Shown here: piece after piece, positions 25,226 through 39,447 of the stretch
Numbering within the stretch: position 1 is the first letter of the stretch
Layout of the letters: the number at the start of each line of letters is the position of its first letter
Source: Botryllus schlosseri
Taxonomy: Eukaryota
Assembly: GCA_051294905.1 (NCBI GenBank)
Contig: CM119372.1
Coordinates: forward strand, 8,186,001 to 8,250,000
Length of the DNA: 64,000 nt
Reading direction: 5' to 3'
The notes under the pieces: generated by a model
Told to the model about the DNA's origin: nothing
Seen by the model: only the letters and a program-made list of their open reading frames with translations
Databases searched by the model: none
Made by a program: the position numbers and the translations under genes

Positions 25226-25734
25226 ATAGCGGATACGCCACACATCAATACACCAATACTGGGAATATCGAAACCCTACAGCTGTTGGTTTTACCTACTA
25301 CAGCTGTTGGTTTTACCTATTTTAGCTAGCTATCTCAACTACAAATCTGTGATACCCCAGATGACAATTTGAACTCGCCTGCTAAGCACTGAACAGTGAA
25401 CACGGGACAACCTTAGGTTAACACACACATATTGCGACAAGGGATATATTTATTCTAAAAAACAGTAGGCAGAGCAATCAGTTGAACATAAATTAGGAAA
25501 TACTTTAAAATATAAATATATTGCAACAAACGTGAACATGTAATAATCTCCTTGTTTAGACAGACAGTAAATATTCTGAGAGACAATTACGGAATACGCA
25601 CAGTAGGGACACCTTTTACGGAATTGCTATCGAACCAAAGCAAAGCAATTAACGCCGACGTTGCACTTCCGCTGTGACAAGCTGCTATTTCGCCCGATGT
25701 TGTTCATTCAACCGTTCTCTTGACTTTTGTGATG

Positions 25735-28700
25735 TCATGCGGTGCACGATAAGAAAAGATTTCGGAGTTCTGAATCATTTTTCACCAGACGGATCATAAC
25801 AGTGTCCAGGCAAGTCTTCGCTGAGTTGCTTCGCGCTTGAAGAAGACTGCATGCTCGGGATGGCTCATTCGTCGTGGGATCGATCGTCTTTTCACTTCTA
25901 GATAAATGAGGATGGGTGTTCGTATTAGTTCATTCCTCAAATTACAGATATCTATGCTCAAATGCGACTTCAGTCCTTCCTTTTCATTAATACATGAATA
26001 AACAGTGCTCAGTCAATTTACCGCTTCGGAACTATTAGAGTAAGAAACCGTGATTCATTGCCCATCCGACATAACTATTTTTGATCACGATCATTTGTGC
26101 TAAAGTCATAGTCAGGCATATTGCAATCGGCAAAGACGACGCGGTCCGCAAATCAATAATTAAGTTACTGCGTTGAAAATTATATATCCGTGTATAAAAT
26201 AGCTGAGTAGGCTTAGTCATGCAATAACAGGGTACGGCAGATAACATAACTTACGAGCAAGGCGATGCATACTCTTGAAAGAACCGGATTACCGACGCCA
26301 TGTCATCCTTAGAACGGGGCTGCATGTTAATCGACAGAGATCGCATGCTTGACATATAAGGATTTTCCACCGATGTAGTGACGCACCGTTCAAACCTTGA
26401 TTCCGAAGCGTCATCGCAGCGCTGAGATGTCACAAATGGCGCAATGCCTAAAATGCATGCCTCGGTTAATGACTCGTACAGATTGCAGATGGCAGTTTCG
26501 CAAAATTATTCCCGAATTATTAGGGTTACCATGTTTTGGAAATTTGAAGAGAGGACACTTTTCCAAAATTTCCGGACTTACAATACTGGAATAAAATCCT
26601 GAAAAATTGGTAAATTTTTTCCGACTTTGTGGTCGGTTAACTGAAAAAAAGGTAATTTTTCTGGATCACGCCCGGGAAAACCCGTCGGTCCGTTACTTGG
26701 CCGCTGATTTCCTATATCTCAGTCCTATTTCCACGTAAATTTAACCAAAATCCTCAGAAAAGGGGACAAATTCTCAAAAAAGAGCACATTTAGGCGTCCT
26801 CCGAGGACACTTTCAAAAAAGTCAAAAAAGAGGACAAATCCTCAGAAAAGAGGACGTATGGTAACTAGGGTTGCATTTATAACAAACGGTGTTTTAAAAC
26901 ACTTTGTTTTAAACTTGTTTTAAACAGTGTTTCAAAAAAAGGCCTTTAAAAAATTGTTTTTTTAAGCAGTAAAATTATGCCATAATTGTGTCATTACTTT
27001 AAAAAAACATTTTATGAGCCTACGGACAATGACCACCCGATGTTGCCGACGTATATCGAAATGGGATGGTTGGAACCTTCAAAATAGTCGGTTCAACAGC
27101 AATAGTACATATATTTCGTCAAATGAGCTATTTCTACCCTATATTTTCAATTGTCAAGGTCAATCCCCTATGACGTCACAATTGAATATTCGTGACGTCA
27201 TGGCTTTGTTAAAAAACACATAAAAAACAATAAAAAACATGTTTTAAATTAGGGCCTTGTTTTAAACATGTTTGTTTTGAATTGATTTTCGTTTTAAATG
27301 CAACCCTGATGGTAACCCTACCGATTACGAGCTAACCGAGCTTACGTCGGAGTCAGTCCATCTTCCGCGTAGGCTATAACTTGTTACAGACATGCAGGTC
27401 GCAGACATTGTATTTGAAAATATGTAGGCCATTACACAGAATTTAGTTTGGTAAAATAGGTATGTTACCTGACGACGGATATCTGCCTGGAGCGGTGGAT
27501 ATAAACGGACTTTTCGTTCTTGTCGGCTGCCAGCTGCCACCATATTGAAACGGTCCGCTGGTTGGCGGAAGTGTCGTTTGCTGCGTCATACTGCGATAGT
27601 GTCGTAGCAAAAGCAACAGGTTCATGTCGTTCTGCGTCAGAGGCTGTCGTCTGTAACTGGACTCGTAATGCACTCTTGCCAGCGGTGTCCTAGTAGACAT
27701 CAGCGCCATTGTAGTTTGTTGAGTTGGTACCCGCCAATGATTCACTACAGGGGGTAGAGTAGTGGATTTAGATGTAACATGTGGTCGCTGAGTCACGGAA
27801 GCGTGCGGGTTAAGCCAACTTGGCAGTGTGGATGGGGTAGGGTGACCTGGGGATATAAATCGCGGTGCCACAACCGGCGCCTGTGTTCTCGCGGGAGGAA
27901 CAAAAACAGGCGCAACAGTTCTATGCGGATTGTGCTGCACGGGCGCTGGTTGTTGTGGGCGGTACGAAGGAGCCCTCGGAGGAACATATGGGATACTTGG
28001 ATAGGTGGCCTGTTGTGGAGCTGTCGTAGGCGATGTTGTTTGCTGCGCGCTGTTTTGAGATAACCTCTGCCTTCGAAACCAGGAGAGCCAAAATGTAGAT
28101 CCCACATCCCTCTTTCGACGACCTGACCTCGCAACTGCGTGAAAATTAAAACAAATATTAGGTTACACGACATCTGATTCGTCAATCTCGGAAAAGTCAT
28201 TAGTAGGTGTCGTTCAGCAGTTGAAAAATACAACTCTATTTTGATAAAGGGCGTATACAAGTGTGCCGAGATTGGCGTACCTCAGCGGTTTCTATGATTT
28301 TCATCCGCCCAAGACACACAATGTACACGAAATGCAATGCATAATGCGATGTTATGACCAGCTATGAGGATGTCGAAACCACCAAGAACGGTCTATCATT
28401 CTTGCATCCACATCACCTAATCGTTAGCTCCATCATTATACAATACATTAACATTGCACACTCACAAAGAACTCACGAATGTTGTCACCGGCGGAAATTG
28501 GAGGGAAAGGGCAAATGCGATCATGCGATCACCACCGATTTTCGCATTTTCTACAGAGTGAGGAGGATGTTGTTGGCCATGTCACGATGTATATGCGACG
28601 TCATCTCCCTAATGAAGTTTTTATTTTTGTTCCCGTATCAAATTGAAATGTGCTTACGCCACCGTTTCTTCACTTTACTATGGAATCGATTTAGGTTAAC

Positions 28701-30675
28701 GGAGGCGCGGTCAAAATTGACCTGCTCGCAAAGAAGAACGCATGCGCTAGATGGTATCATTGAGCTATAAAAGTTTGATCATTTTTATGATGTACGATTG
28801 TACGCCACATTACACTCCCGTACGCTAAGGTACGCAACGCATCCTAGTTTGTATCTAATGTTATCGAATCGAAGCTTGAAACAGGGCAGGCTCACCTTGG
28901 AGTCGAGAAATATTGTCTTTAAATCGAGGTGTGGTTCGACCTCCGGTACTAGCATATTCGCGAATGCATTCGCTGATATGCCGTATATATACCGATGTTG
29001 GGTCGACGAGGAATTTCACTTGCCCGCGCCAACATTCGTCGGTGTCACGCTCCCCCCTGAAATAAAATTAGAATGTTTCTCTCTTTAAATCTCGATGTGC
29101 ATTGCGTTCCAACAAGGAAATCACGGCTGAATTGAATTAGAATTTTAGGATTTCAAGACTTCGTGCTTTTTTTTTGGGTCACTGCATGCGTATTCGTTCC
29201 CATTAAACCGCTTTTGTCATTGTTACATTACTACTATATCGTATACAACTATACATACCAATGTATATACATTTGGATTTTATTGACTGAGATGTAGCAT
29301 CAATAATTATGTACTGAAATGAGGCCATGGAACATGAAAGTTTAAAATGACTTGGTTTGGCCTAAGTTGAACTGCGCGGTATATTGTTGACATTTGGACG
29401 CTGTCTAGATCGTAGTTACACAATGACACGTATTCTTCGGCACATAACAATTTCTCGGAATTGTAAAACGGATTTGGTCAATTCAAAATTATATAGACCC
29501 AATGCGAGTGGCTTTAATGAGCTGGTGAAACCTGATCCATGCGTAATTACGCTTCCGTGTCTGTATTTATCCTAAGATCCATTGTTTATAGCCGTCTATA
29601 AATCTAATTACCGTCAATCAAATTGGCCTGCGGGTAAGAGTGCAGGGTCAAGCGAAATCATTATCTTCGGAGGGTATTTCAAACTGACAAAATTGATCCT
29701 TTCGCGACCTTGTAATTAAGTCGTGCGGTTTCCGTTTGGGGCTTAATGCGACCACTTGTGTCAGTATATACTCCACAAAGCGAAGAATCGCTAAACAAAG
29801 TATGGCATACCGTCGCGCTGTGGACTCGATTACATTTCGGTAATTCAAACTTTAGAGTTGCATTTCCGGCAGTAAACATCTGATTAGTATGCACTTTCAC
29901 AGGAACTGCGGCGGAAATTAGAATAAGAGAAACGGTCTTTGTGCGATATATTTTCGCAGCACGTCCACGATGATATAAGCGAGTATAATACAGGCGTTAA
30001 ATCCTTCCGTTGTTACGTCCTTGGCGCAATAAAAATATGCAAACCGGGTAAATGTGTAGCCAAGGGGATTACAAGGGAGGATCATAAACTTTGTACATGT
30101 GTACTATTACTTGAAGCATAGAATTGTATGTACAGGTAATAACATATAGTCTGCATTTTGGTCGTCAATACTTTGAAAGTAGAAGTTATATTCGACACAA
30201 TGTCATTGCCCCATGCTCGGACAACGTTTTCCGTGTATTTAGTGAAGGATATTATCCATCACCAAATATACGAAATTTCGATTCGGACGGTAACTGAGAA
30301 TGTACGACTCGTATCTTTCAAAACTAACTTTCCAATCCCGCTACACGTCACGCACTTACCCACAGTATGCGTAGCTGCTCTCATCGTACCACGTGGTATC
30401 TTCCACCGTGAATCTTACTACAGCTTCCCAGCGAAAGTCCTTCCCTGCCCTGTCTGATAAGCACTTCGAGAAGAACGATGTCAAGGTGCCGCTAGTACCT
30501 ATTCCGAGAGATCTGGTACTGGATCTTCTTTTGATCGTATGGCAACCTACAACAAAACACGACTTTGATTACATCATTATCAACTAAAGCGGCATGTGCG
30601 ATTTGCGTGCTGATACGTACCTTGGGAAGTCGACATCATCATGAAAAATATTGGTAATATTGCTATGCGGATCAT
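25735..30675 (-). CDS. Gene B: secreted paralog with two novel Cys modules separated by a Pro/Thr/Gln-rich mucin-like exon (474 aa). Exons 30675-30621, 30546-30360, 29056-28896, 28134-27469, 26447-26255, 25897-25735
   Basis: GT-AG introns, phases 1,2,1,1,2; the 1425-nt splice is open to TGA. Signal peptide MIRIAILPIFFMMMSTSQG; FFSKCLS...RWEAVVRFTVEDTTWY...YCG; ECWRGQVKFLV...ECIREY; RRKR site; AATAAA ~280 nt downstream (25449-25454). Confidence 0.85.
26521..27320. mobile_element. tagggttacc-family MITE with a second MITE (26866-27308) inserted in its terminal repeat, in intron 4 of gene B
   Basis: Inner TIRs tagggttgcattt / aaatgcaaccctg; perfect TSD atggtaac, which is part of the outer TIR atggtaacccta. 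Confidence 0.85.
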
Positions 30676-33600
30676 ATTTATTAACTTTGGATATTTGGTG
30701 ATAAATGATATTCTCACAACCTGCGAACAAGGTACAATACTCATAAATACAGATCCATGCTTTGCCGTATCATTATAGGAGTAGACTAGAAATTTTACAA
30801 TGTCAGCTATCATTCGTCTGCCTCTCCTGTAAACCTAGATTTGTGAACTAATATTCGGAATGACAAACACGAGCGAATACAAGACAATCTTTATCTCATT
30901 CTGTTGGATCAACTTTCTCGACAAAATTGTCATCGAACAAAAAAATGAAATCAAATTTTCCAGTCGGCACAGAATGTGCTCTCTGCACTTCAGCCCATTG
31001 TCCACATTACTAGACTTCTCTCTCCAAATAATATCCTGTTTTCGACTGACGATTGCCCACAATGAATTTATATTCTCATTTGTCGACACGACCGTATTAG
31101 CGACGCCGATCAAAGTGACTCTATAAACTGGTTTAGCTTGCTCAGCTCATTCATGCACTAGCGCTGTCGTCGGTGAATTTTAGGAAAACGGTGGGATTAC
31201 AAGCACGAGTTTTAAAGTCAGCTTGCCCTATTAGACGTATCCACTAATTGGCGTCATTTAGAAACTCGCTAAATGCGACGATCCATGCGATACGAATAAT
31301 TATTTGATATTTTACAACACCGAGATGATGAAACAATACCGCGACCCCTGCGCTTTTAACAAGTGGCCAATTTTCTACCGTGTTCCGAGGGACTAACCAC
31401 CTCTAACAATAAAGTGCTGACAAAATATCGGTCACCGTACATAAATTCTACATAGTAGGGCTTTTTCTGTTGCAATTGATTGGGGTAAGGGTTTGTTTCT
31501 TAAACTAATTTAACTCAGTGTTGCTGTACGGACACGCCAGTAACACACCTTATATGTCGAAATTTACAACGGGTAAAACATGAACCCATCAAAATCATAG
31601 CTGTGTCACGATCGCACGATGAATATTAATCATAGCATATTTAAGTGAACATCTAAGCTATATGAAAAAGATACTACACATTAATAAAATATATAATTCT
31701 CAAATGTAGTTAGGCCTATTTAACCTTTATGAACCCCTTATTAATGTGTTATGCTCAACGAAATCGAATCATCAAGCATTATGTAGCAGCGATTTCAAAT
31801 CTAGTCGAAGAAGAGGTTTGTATTAGCCTTCGAGTAGTCTATATATGTCATCGAAGTAAAAATAAGCGTATAACGACAGTGTCGAGTATATAGTTAACAA
31901 TATCATAAACACCGAAATCCACGAGTGAGATCATGGTATAAGCATCGGCAAAATACAGCAGTTTTCTGTATGATGTATACTTTATATCAGCAAAATTATA
32001 TGGCCGATCATAAAATTATTTGTGAAAATTAAGAGTTAACAAATAATAGTGAGCACTGAAATGAAATTGACATTATATCATGAGAAGACGACATAAATTC
32101 GATGTCACGTCATCAGATTGTTTGGCATCAAAAGTATGACAAAGCCAAACGTATAGCCATATCATTCTAGTCTGATTGGAAACCTGATATCACATGGAGT
32201 ATGGACTGATATTGGAATAATATCGATCCACTTGGGTACATACAAATCTTAAATGCCCCGCATGCTAAAAAGAAATAGCCCGGTACTAATATACAACTGA
32301 CGACAATGAAAACTTCTGTCTATTTCTGTCTGCACTTAAAGCAGCCATGTGCAAAGACGGTCAGCGCATCAATGCTCGTTAGAGGTGCCTGTATTTGTGT
32401 AATAATTTTCACAAAGTCACAAACCTCACGTCTAATAATTAGACCTTCCGTGGTCACCTTCGGTTCGAATTTGTCAAATCTTTCCATGTAACGTTCAGCG
32501 CCTACATATATAATTTGCTCTTTTAATGCGTCATAAAAACTCAATTAACGGCTTGCGACCGACTATAATCTGTAAAGCAGTTAACAAACTATCATGACCA
32601 ATCTTCGCAGTTACTGATAGCAATCGGTTCGGTTGTTAGTGTAATACGCTGTTGTTTGTACGGTGCGTGATGCTACGGAATCCCCATTATGTGTACCGAA
32701 AAATACCCGAGATCCATAATACAGTTCAGCTGGCTACAATCCGTTAATTTTATACATTACTTCTTCCGCGCGGCTTTGCTTAGGATTGGAATGAGAAGTC
32801 AACTTGACTGTCTCCACTTTCAACTGTGAAAAAATTCGTACCAGCCACTAATTTAGTAACGTCCAAGCAATATTACGTGGCGAAGCAACATCGATGGCTA
32901 CTTAGAAGTTGAATTGACTCAATCACATTTGCATGCGGCGGATTTGCATGAAATATTGCAATAATACCTTTGCATTCATCGATTCACAGAAATGAGTACC
33001 GCCGCGTTTGCTTCTTACGCGTACGCTGCGATTAGAGCGTAGACACAATGGATCTAATTGCAAATTTTAGCGATCGAATTCCCATTAGCCAATAGGTGTG
33101 GCATGTCGCCAACAGGCCAACAGTACAACAAGAATTAGTGATTTGCGCTCGGTACTGAGCTTACAAATAATTCGTCCATTTGAACCCCGTTGCAAAAGGA
33201 AAACAGGTCGATACGAATTTACATTGTATCAGCGCAAGTGCTAATTAAGTATTTAGCGCAAAGTGTACTTTCGACGCTGTATGCAGCGTGAAATAAGAAG
33301 ACAAAGAATTTATCGACTTTCGCCAAATACCAGAACATCGCTAAATGTGATACCTACTTAGCTATACTTACGGTCGAAATTGTCACAAATAGATTGGAGT
33401 CTGCACTAAATTTCGATGCAAATTGGAATGCTTGCTAACTTAACTTTATACCACAATAAACATACGTATTTGTTCACAAGGCAATAGGAGTTGCCTTTCG
33501 GGCATCAATTGTACATGATTCCTGGATGAGTTGACCATAATTTTCATCGATCGGTTGTATTAACGATTGAGGTTTGTTTTGCTACATTCTGATGCCTTCA

Positions 33601-36245
33601 AGGTGAAATGCCATGGCGCTTGTAGATATAGACATGTAAACGCAATGTCGCAATATCTGTTCTGCTACAAGTAACAATAAAATTAAGTCAACAAGCCTCT
33701 CGTGCCTCGTTGTTGATAATATTTGTGTGTCTCTCGTATAGTGCTATCCTTCGGTATTACTTGTAATCGGTATGGATGTACCAGTTAGAGTTTTAATTGT
33801 GTCAAAAGCAATAAATAGTACTATGTATAAGACTACATTACTATTTTCTATAGTTCATGCCGTTTTATCAACAATTTGCGCGCTTCAAATAAGAATTATT
33901 AGGCGGGAATTGCGACTCGCCAGTTGCCCGATAATGATGAAAGGATTGTAGCAAATAAAATGATATAATTATCTCTTTAGTTGTAGATCACACGGAAACG
34001 TGACCTATTGTAATCATACGGCGAAGACTTATGATTGGTAAACGTCTGCCGGCAGTCGGCGAAACGACAATAGAACAGGTTAAGCGCAAAATCACATTCC
34101 CGCATTATTCGAGGTATACTAGGTATTCCAGGAAAAAAGTAACCGAATTCAGACCAATACATATTGAAATGGACCACAGGACTATTTTCAAGGATGGAGT
34201 TTCCCGTAGCGACTCGTTGTGCTGTCGTCAGCAAGGAACCAGCAATCAACTAATAATAGGACATCGGTCACGCAAACACTTCCGAAATTTTTACTGTTTC
34301 TTAGCCAGAGTCCCCTGCTTCAGTTCGACGCGGCCTGTTTTCTTGAAAAACTACGCATACATAAACGCTTTAAAAACACATTCAATCTCGTCGTCTGTAA
34401 ATGGATGGTATAGTCCGATTATATCTGAATCAGACGTTGTATATTTATCACACCGTGTATCACGGGGATGAATCAATTTTAGCGACTTATAGACATCAAC
34501 ATAACCGTTCGTGACTGCAAAATAAATTTTCAGCACCCGCCCGCTACTTCATTTACCAATGTCAATACTCCTTCGATTTTGGCGAGGTCACGGGAAGTGC
34601 AAGAATGTTCAGCGTGTTCACGACAGCCGCTTCAAGGAGGCTTCGCGAATTTAAGTCGTACCTTTGTTTGGACATTAATGCGATTTGAGTTATTGACGCT
34701 GGCTGGGCTGCGAATTTGTCATTGAAAGGAAAAAGGTGCTATTGACATTTGACCTGTGCGGCAGTGGTTTTGGACGAACATTATATAATTGGATGCAGGC
34801 CGTCACAAGGAGATAATCGGCCGTATTAAATTATCGTCAAAATGACGATACGATGTATAATAGTTTGTGGTTGCTGTTCTCGAAAATATTACTTTCATTT
34901 TCGGCACGATAATCGTAATATTTCCAGATTCGTGCATACGACACACCGCACTCTCTACTAAGTTGTAAATCAGTCTGTCCAGACCCTCTGCCTACATACA
35001 CTAACAAGAAGTCCACTTGTAACGGTGTTAAGATGGACCCGTTTCCGAGAAGATATGAGCCTGAATTATTGTAATTAACTTTCTATCCGATCGGGTCCGA
35101 ACAAAACATCTTGCACCATATTGATACGCCAATATTCCCTATATAGGGCCCTGACAAAGTTTAACCTGATGTATCCGACATGATAAGTAGAAAAGTGCGT
35201 AATACCGGCCAATTATGATTTTTTTGAAATAAAATAATTTTCCACTAGCAAACTTTCGACAACCTGCTGGTATGATACACAAGAAATTACTAAGTATACC
35301 AAAAGAAAATAACTACAGTATATATATACTTGAAAATATACTCTGATTTTTTGTTCCGTTGCTGGAATCCCGATTACCTATTTTTAGGGATGACAATCAT
35401 TGTTTGGATATTTACGACCTGATTTGAAAAAAAACACGAGGATTTGTTGACAGATCGCCTGCCCATTTAAAAAAATCTGTAATCTAGTATTTCTCATTGA
35501 GTGTACACTTGTGCATGTCCAAGGTAGGAGTGATTGATTGACTCCACCAACTTGTTCCGGCTCCTTCCTATCTTTTCGTTGTGTCGAGGTCATTGTGGTG
35601 TTGTGAAGCAACATAAATAATGTTTAACGAAATAATGGATGAATTTTCACATCACCCTCCATTACTCAATGCCTTGTTTATCAAGTACCAAGAAAAACAT
35701 ATGAAACTTTAAAGGTTTTGTCATAACCAAATTGATCGTATAGTGGTACGGATAAACGGCCTGCTATATAGGTCGTTGTTGTTTGTGGTATTCATGGTGT
35801 TTGTCGAATGCTATGGTGGTTTACTCCAGGCCAATTTTATTCACTTTTATTCCGTAGCATGCCAACTTGTAGCGCGGCCCACTTTTAGGTAGTAATGATT
35901 GTGCAAAGCTTTCATCACGTACAAATAAATTCTGTAAATTTCCTATATACGATGCGACCGTTTTGTGTATTGGAGAGTTCTGATTGTCAATGTTTCAGCA
36001 ACATAACATCGATCTTACTTTTTCGGAGTACTTAACAATGTTTTTAGTCAAAACTACTTACTATTTAGACTTTGGAATTTGTAAAGTAGCAAGTAGTTCG
36101 AGGGGGTGTTTGCATCACCGTTTTGAGTAATATTGTCTTACCTGCCGGGGAAAATAGCCACTGTAACTGTATTTATTTTCGGAAATAGCGCATTAGTGTC
36201 ATTAATCATTTTGAGTTGGTCGTAAAGATTTTTGTGGGGGGTATT

Positions 36246-37351
36246 TAGGGATGGTGTGAACCTCTGAAAGGCTCAGGTTCGTGTGAACGCGAACCGTTTT
36301 GAAAGGTTCTGTGTGAACGCGAACGTGAACCTCATGATGTCACGTGACGTCATATTGCTAATTCCAACCCTACATTTCAATGAAGTGATAGCCTATAATG
36401 TGCATTGTACCTAGCGACGACTCGGGCCACATAATGCCGCAATGCTGAAGTACATATTTACGTTTTAAACGTCGCCAGATGTATCAATTGGGGCAATCAA
36501 ATGATATCATAATAACATAAAATCAATACCTTCCGACACTTTGCCAACAAATTCGACGAAGAATATAAGTTTACGCCTTAACGGTCTAGGCCAGACCGGA
36601 CAATGTATTCAGCGTCTGAGTATTGCTATACGTTGATATTGAGCAGAGTGTAAAACGGATTTATACTTGTACCGATATTACCCCTTAAACAAGTTATACA
36701 GCCGTAGCCAACACCCCAATCTCACGGATTTGGTTTTTATCATACCATACCATAAACATATGAAATCAAGATTGATCCCGTATGCCTGCTAGATTTTTGA
36801 CATTTTTGACATTTTTTCATTGATTGGTTGAATAAGCATCATTCGCTGACTACCTACATGTATTGTATTTCGCTCTTGATGTTGTGTTGTTGTTGTTGTT
36901 TATTAAAAAGAAAGATTTGGCGCTTATCACCTGTTGGTCTTTTGCACCACGACCATGAATTGCATAATAAATGAAAATCAGTCTATGATGGAGTATGATG
37001 TTGTGTGATTGCAGGTCAAGCTCACAGCAGAGAGTAACTAAGCATTCACAAACGGAAAGCTGGATATTTCGAGCAAACTTTTGTAACAAAGCAAGTTAAA
37101 TTTGTAAGATTGTGAAGGTGCATGTTCCTTCAGTGTTGATTTTTCATGATGTCAGAGCCATGCATACAGTGGTTCGTAGTTGAAATGCAATAAATTTCTT
37201 CCAGAGATGTTATAATGAGGTGAATATTGTAATATATGAAAAAGGTTCACAGTGCAGAACCTACCAAGGTTCGTTTGTGAACGTGAACCTCTAAATTTCC
37301 GAAGTTCACTCACAGAACGCGAACGCGAACCTCACGTTCACACCATCCCTG
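36246..37351. mobile_element. MITE with gtgaac/gttcac subterminal repeats (relic relative at ~5480-6246)
   Basis: TIRs tagggatggtgtgaac / gttcacaccatccctg; repeated gaacgcgaac motifs; weak TSD ending tattt. Confidence 0.75.
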
Positions 37352-37623
37352 GACTATTTATAGTGTTTGTCGACTACAATGGTCATTTACACCGGGCCTA
37401 TCTAATGCATTTTTATTCAGTATCGGCCGACTTATAGCACGGCCCACTTTTAGCCTTTTTATAAGACACCGCTGACGCGGATGAGATGGCGAGGAGGAGC
37501 CTAGATAAACCTCCAACACTTAGGTAGGAAATCTGGAGTCGACTTCGGTCGGACTCGAACCCACAACCCACAACCCATTGGTGTTGCAGCAGTGGATTAT
37601 ACCACTGCGCTATCTCGCCACCC
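37352..37623 (-). mobile_element. tRNA-derived SINE (type 2)
   Basis: Reverse strand begins gtggcgagatagcgcagtggt (A box) then ggttcgagtcc (B box); body matches 37756-38030 and 57594-57870. Confidence 0.8.
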
Positions 37624-37755
37624 GGTCGCGAAGATGCATCGTAATTTCAAAAATAGTCACCTCCGATTAACTGCCAAATTATGCGACCCATCGACTACAT
37701 ATACGATTTGAAAGGCGGATCACATGGCGGCCGGATCAAATGGTGATCACATCAC

Positions 37756-38030
37756 GTGGCGAGATAGCGTATTAGTGGTACGTTCCACAGCTGCAACACC
37801 AATGGGTTGCGGGTTCGATTCCGACCGCAGTCGACTCCAGAATAATTCCTACCTAAGTGTTGGAGGTTCATCTAGGCTCCTCCTCACCTCGTGTGTCTTA
37901 AAAAGCCTAGAAGTGGGCCTTACTACAAGTTGGTAAATACGGAATATTAATAATAAAGAATATCGGCATGGTGTAAATTGAACAATGTGGTCGAAATACC
38001 ACGAATATCATAAACAACAACAACAACATG
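37756..38030 (+). mobile_element. tRNA-derived SINE (type 2)
   Basis: gtggcgagatagcgtattagtggt ... ggttcgattcc; (caa)n tail at ~38012-38028; fragments also at ~35770-35890 and ~38040-38130. Confidence 0.8.
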
Positions 38031-38673
38031 GCTGGTGGGACTCTAGACTAGATAGACCTCCGAAACGTAGGAATTCTGGAGTCGGACTCTAACCCGCAAC
38101 CCATTGGTGATGCAGCTGTGAAACGTATAGCATTACGATGGAATTCGTCAGTATTTAAGGTTACGTATTGACAGCGTGAAATATCTGCTCCTTCAGTAAC
38201 GCCAGGAAGTGGTTTGGTCTGTCTTATTGTATCGAAAGTTACCTACGAAACCGACTTTCTTGCGAGGATTCGACCCCTCAACAGCAATCCAGCGCACCTG
38301 TCAGACCGCCAAACCACCAATCCATACTGGAAATGCAATGTGTGCTGGGCAAATAATTTCAACAAATATTATTGAAATCGCACCAATTAACGGTCATTAT
38401 CGACCGTCACGTACGCCGGAACAGTCACGACTTTTGATGCAAAAGCTTGAAAATAAACAGCATCAAGTATACGGAATACTTTCCAATTGCGTGTCGTTAC
38501 ATTCTTTGTACCGTTACCTGTCATTTTATGATCCCATTACTCACGGTTTACATCGTGGTATCGCGACTGTGCACTGTGCAGTGTGCATGAAGTTTTCATC
38601 GGTGACGTTGGTTTTCTTTGCTCATTATAGAGGTGGGTAACTGATTGACAACTTACCCGAAGGTTGATTACAG

Positions 38674-39182
38674 CTACGGCTGGGCACAATAATTCGAGTA
38701 CTCGAATCTGAATCGAGTAATAATTTTAATGATTCGAGTCTGTAGCACAAGACGATAGTACTGACATTATACGCATATTGTCACTGAAAGTTAATTTATC
38801 AACGAGAATTACAGTTTCGATACTAATTTTCACTGTTGAAGCCCTGAAACCTTGATTGGCGGTATCGTAGCATACGAAACATATAGTACAAAGCTACGAA
38901 AGTTACTGGGCGTAGCACATTAGCGAAGTCATGATTATCCCACAACATTGTCACGAAGTGGAATGAAATCGGTATGGTCGAAAAATACCAAAGTATCATT
39001 TATGAGATGGATAACAGGCATTATATTCTTTGTGGTGACATAAACGGTACATATTTGAACTTTGACATATTGCATTCTGTTATGACGTCATAAGGAGTGA
39101 AACTCGATTACTCTACTCGACTCGAAGCATATTTCGTGATTCAGAATCGAATCACTCAGGTACTCGAATTTACCCAGCCCTA
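38674..39182. mobile_element. MITE, same family as 10652-11239
   Basis: Termini tacggctgggca / tacccagcccta; perfect 8-bp TSD attacagc. Confidence 0.85.
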
Positions 39183-39447
39183 ATTACAGCGTTATTTGCG
39201 AAGCCAGAAAACTAATACAATGTTTATAATTTATTGAGTCCAGTGGTGATTCGGTCCGACTTAAGCCGGAAATATTTTCCGAAGTCAAGTCTTGATTCGG
39301 TTCAGTTCGAGCAAGCAAACCAAAACAAGGTCAATTTCAAATTGAGAAATAATATAGAAGAGTACCCCAGTGAGTAGTGTAGTGTGGTACGCTATCTTTC
39401 TGATTTCTCCCCAATATCTGGCACCATCACTATTAACATGTCACCGT

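Noticed and set aside
27346..27373. Candidate 28-nt micro-exon in gene B (ttatag|...|gtaagc)
   Set aside because: Inclusion shifts phase 1 to phase 2 and breaks the downstream frame; the direct splice 27469-26447 is in frame.
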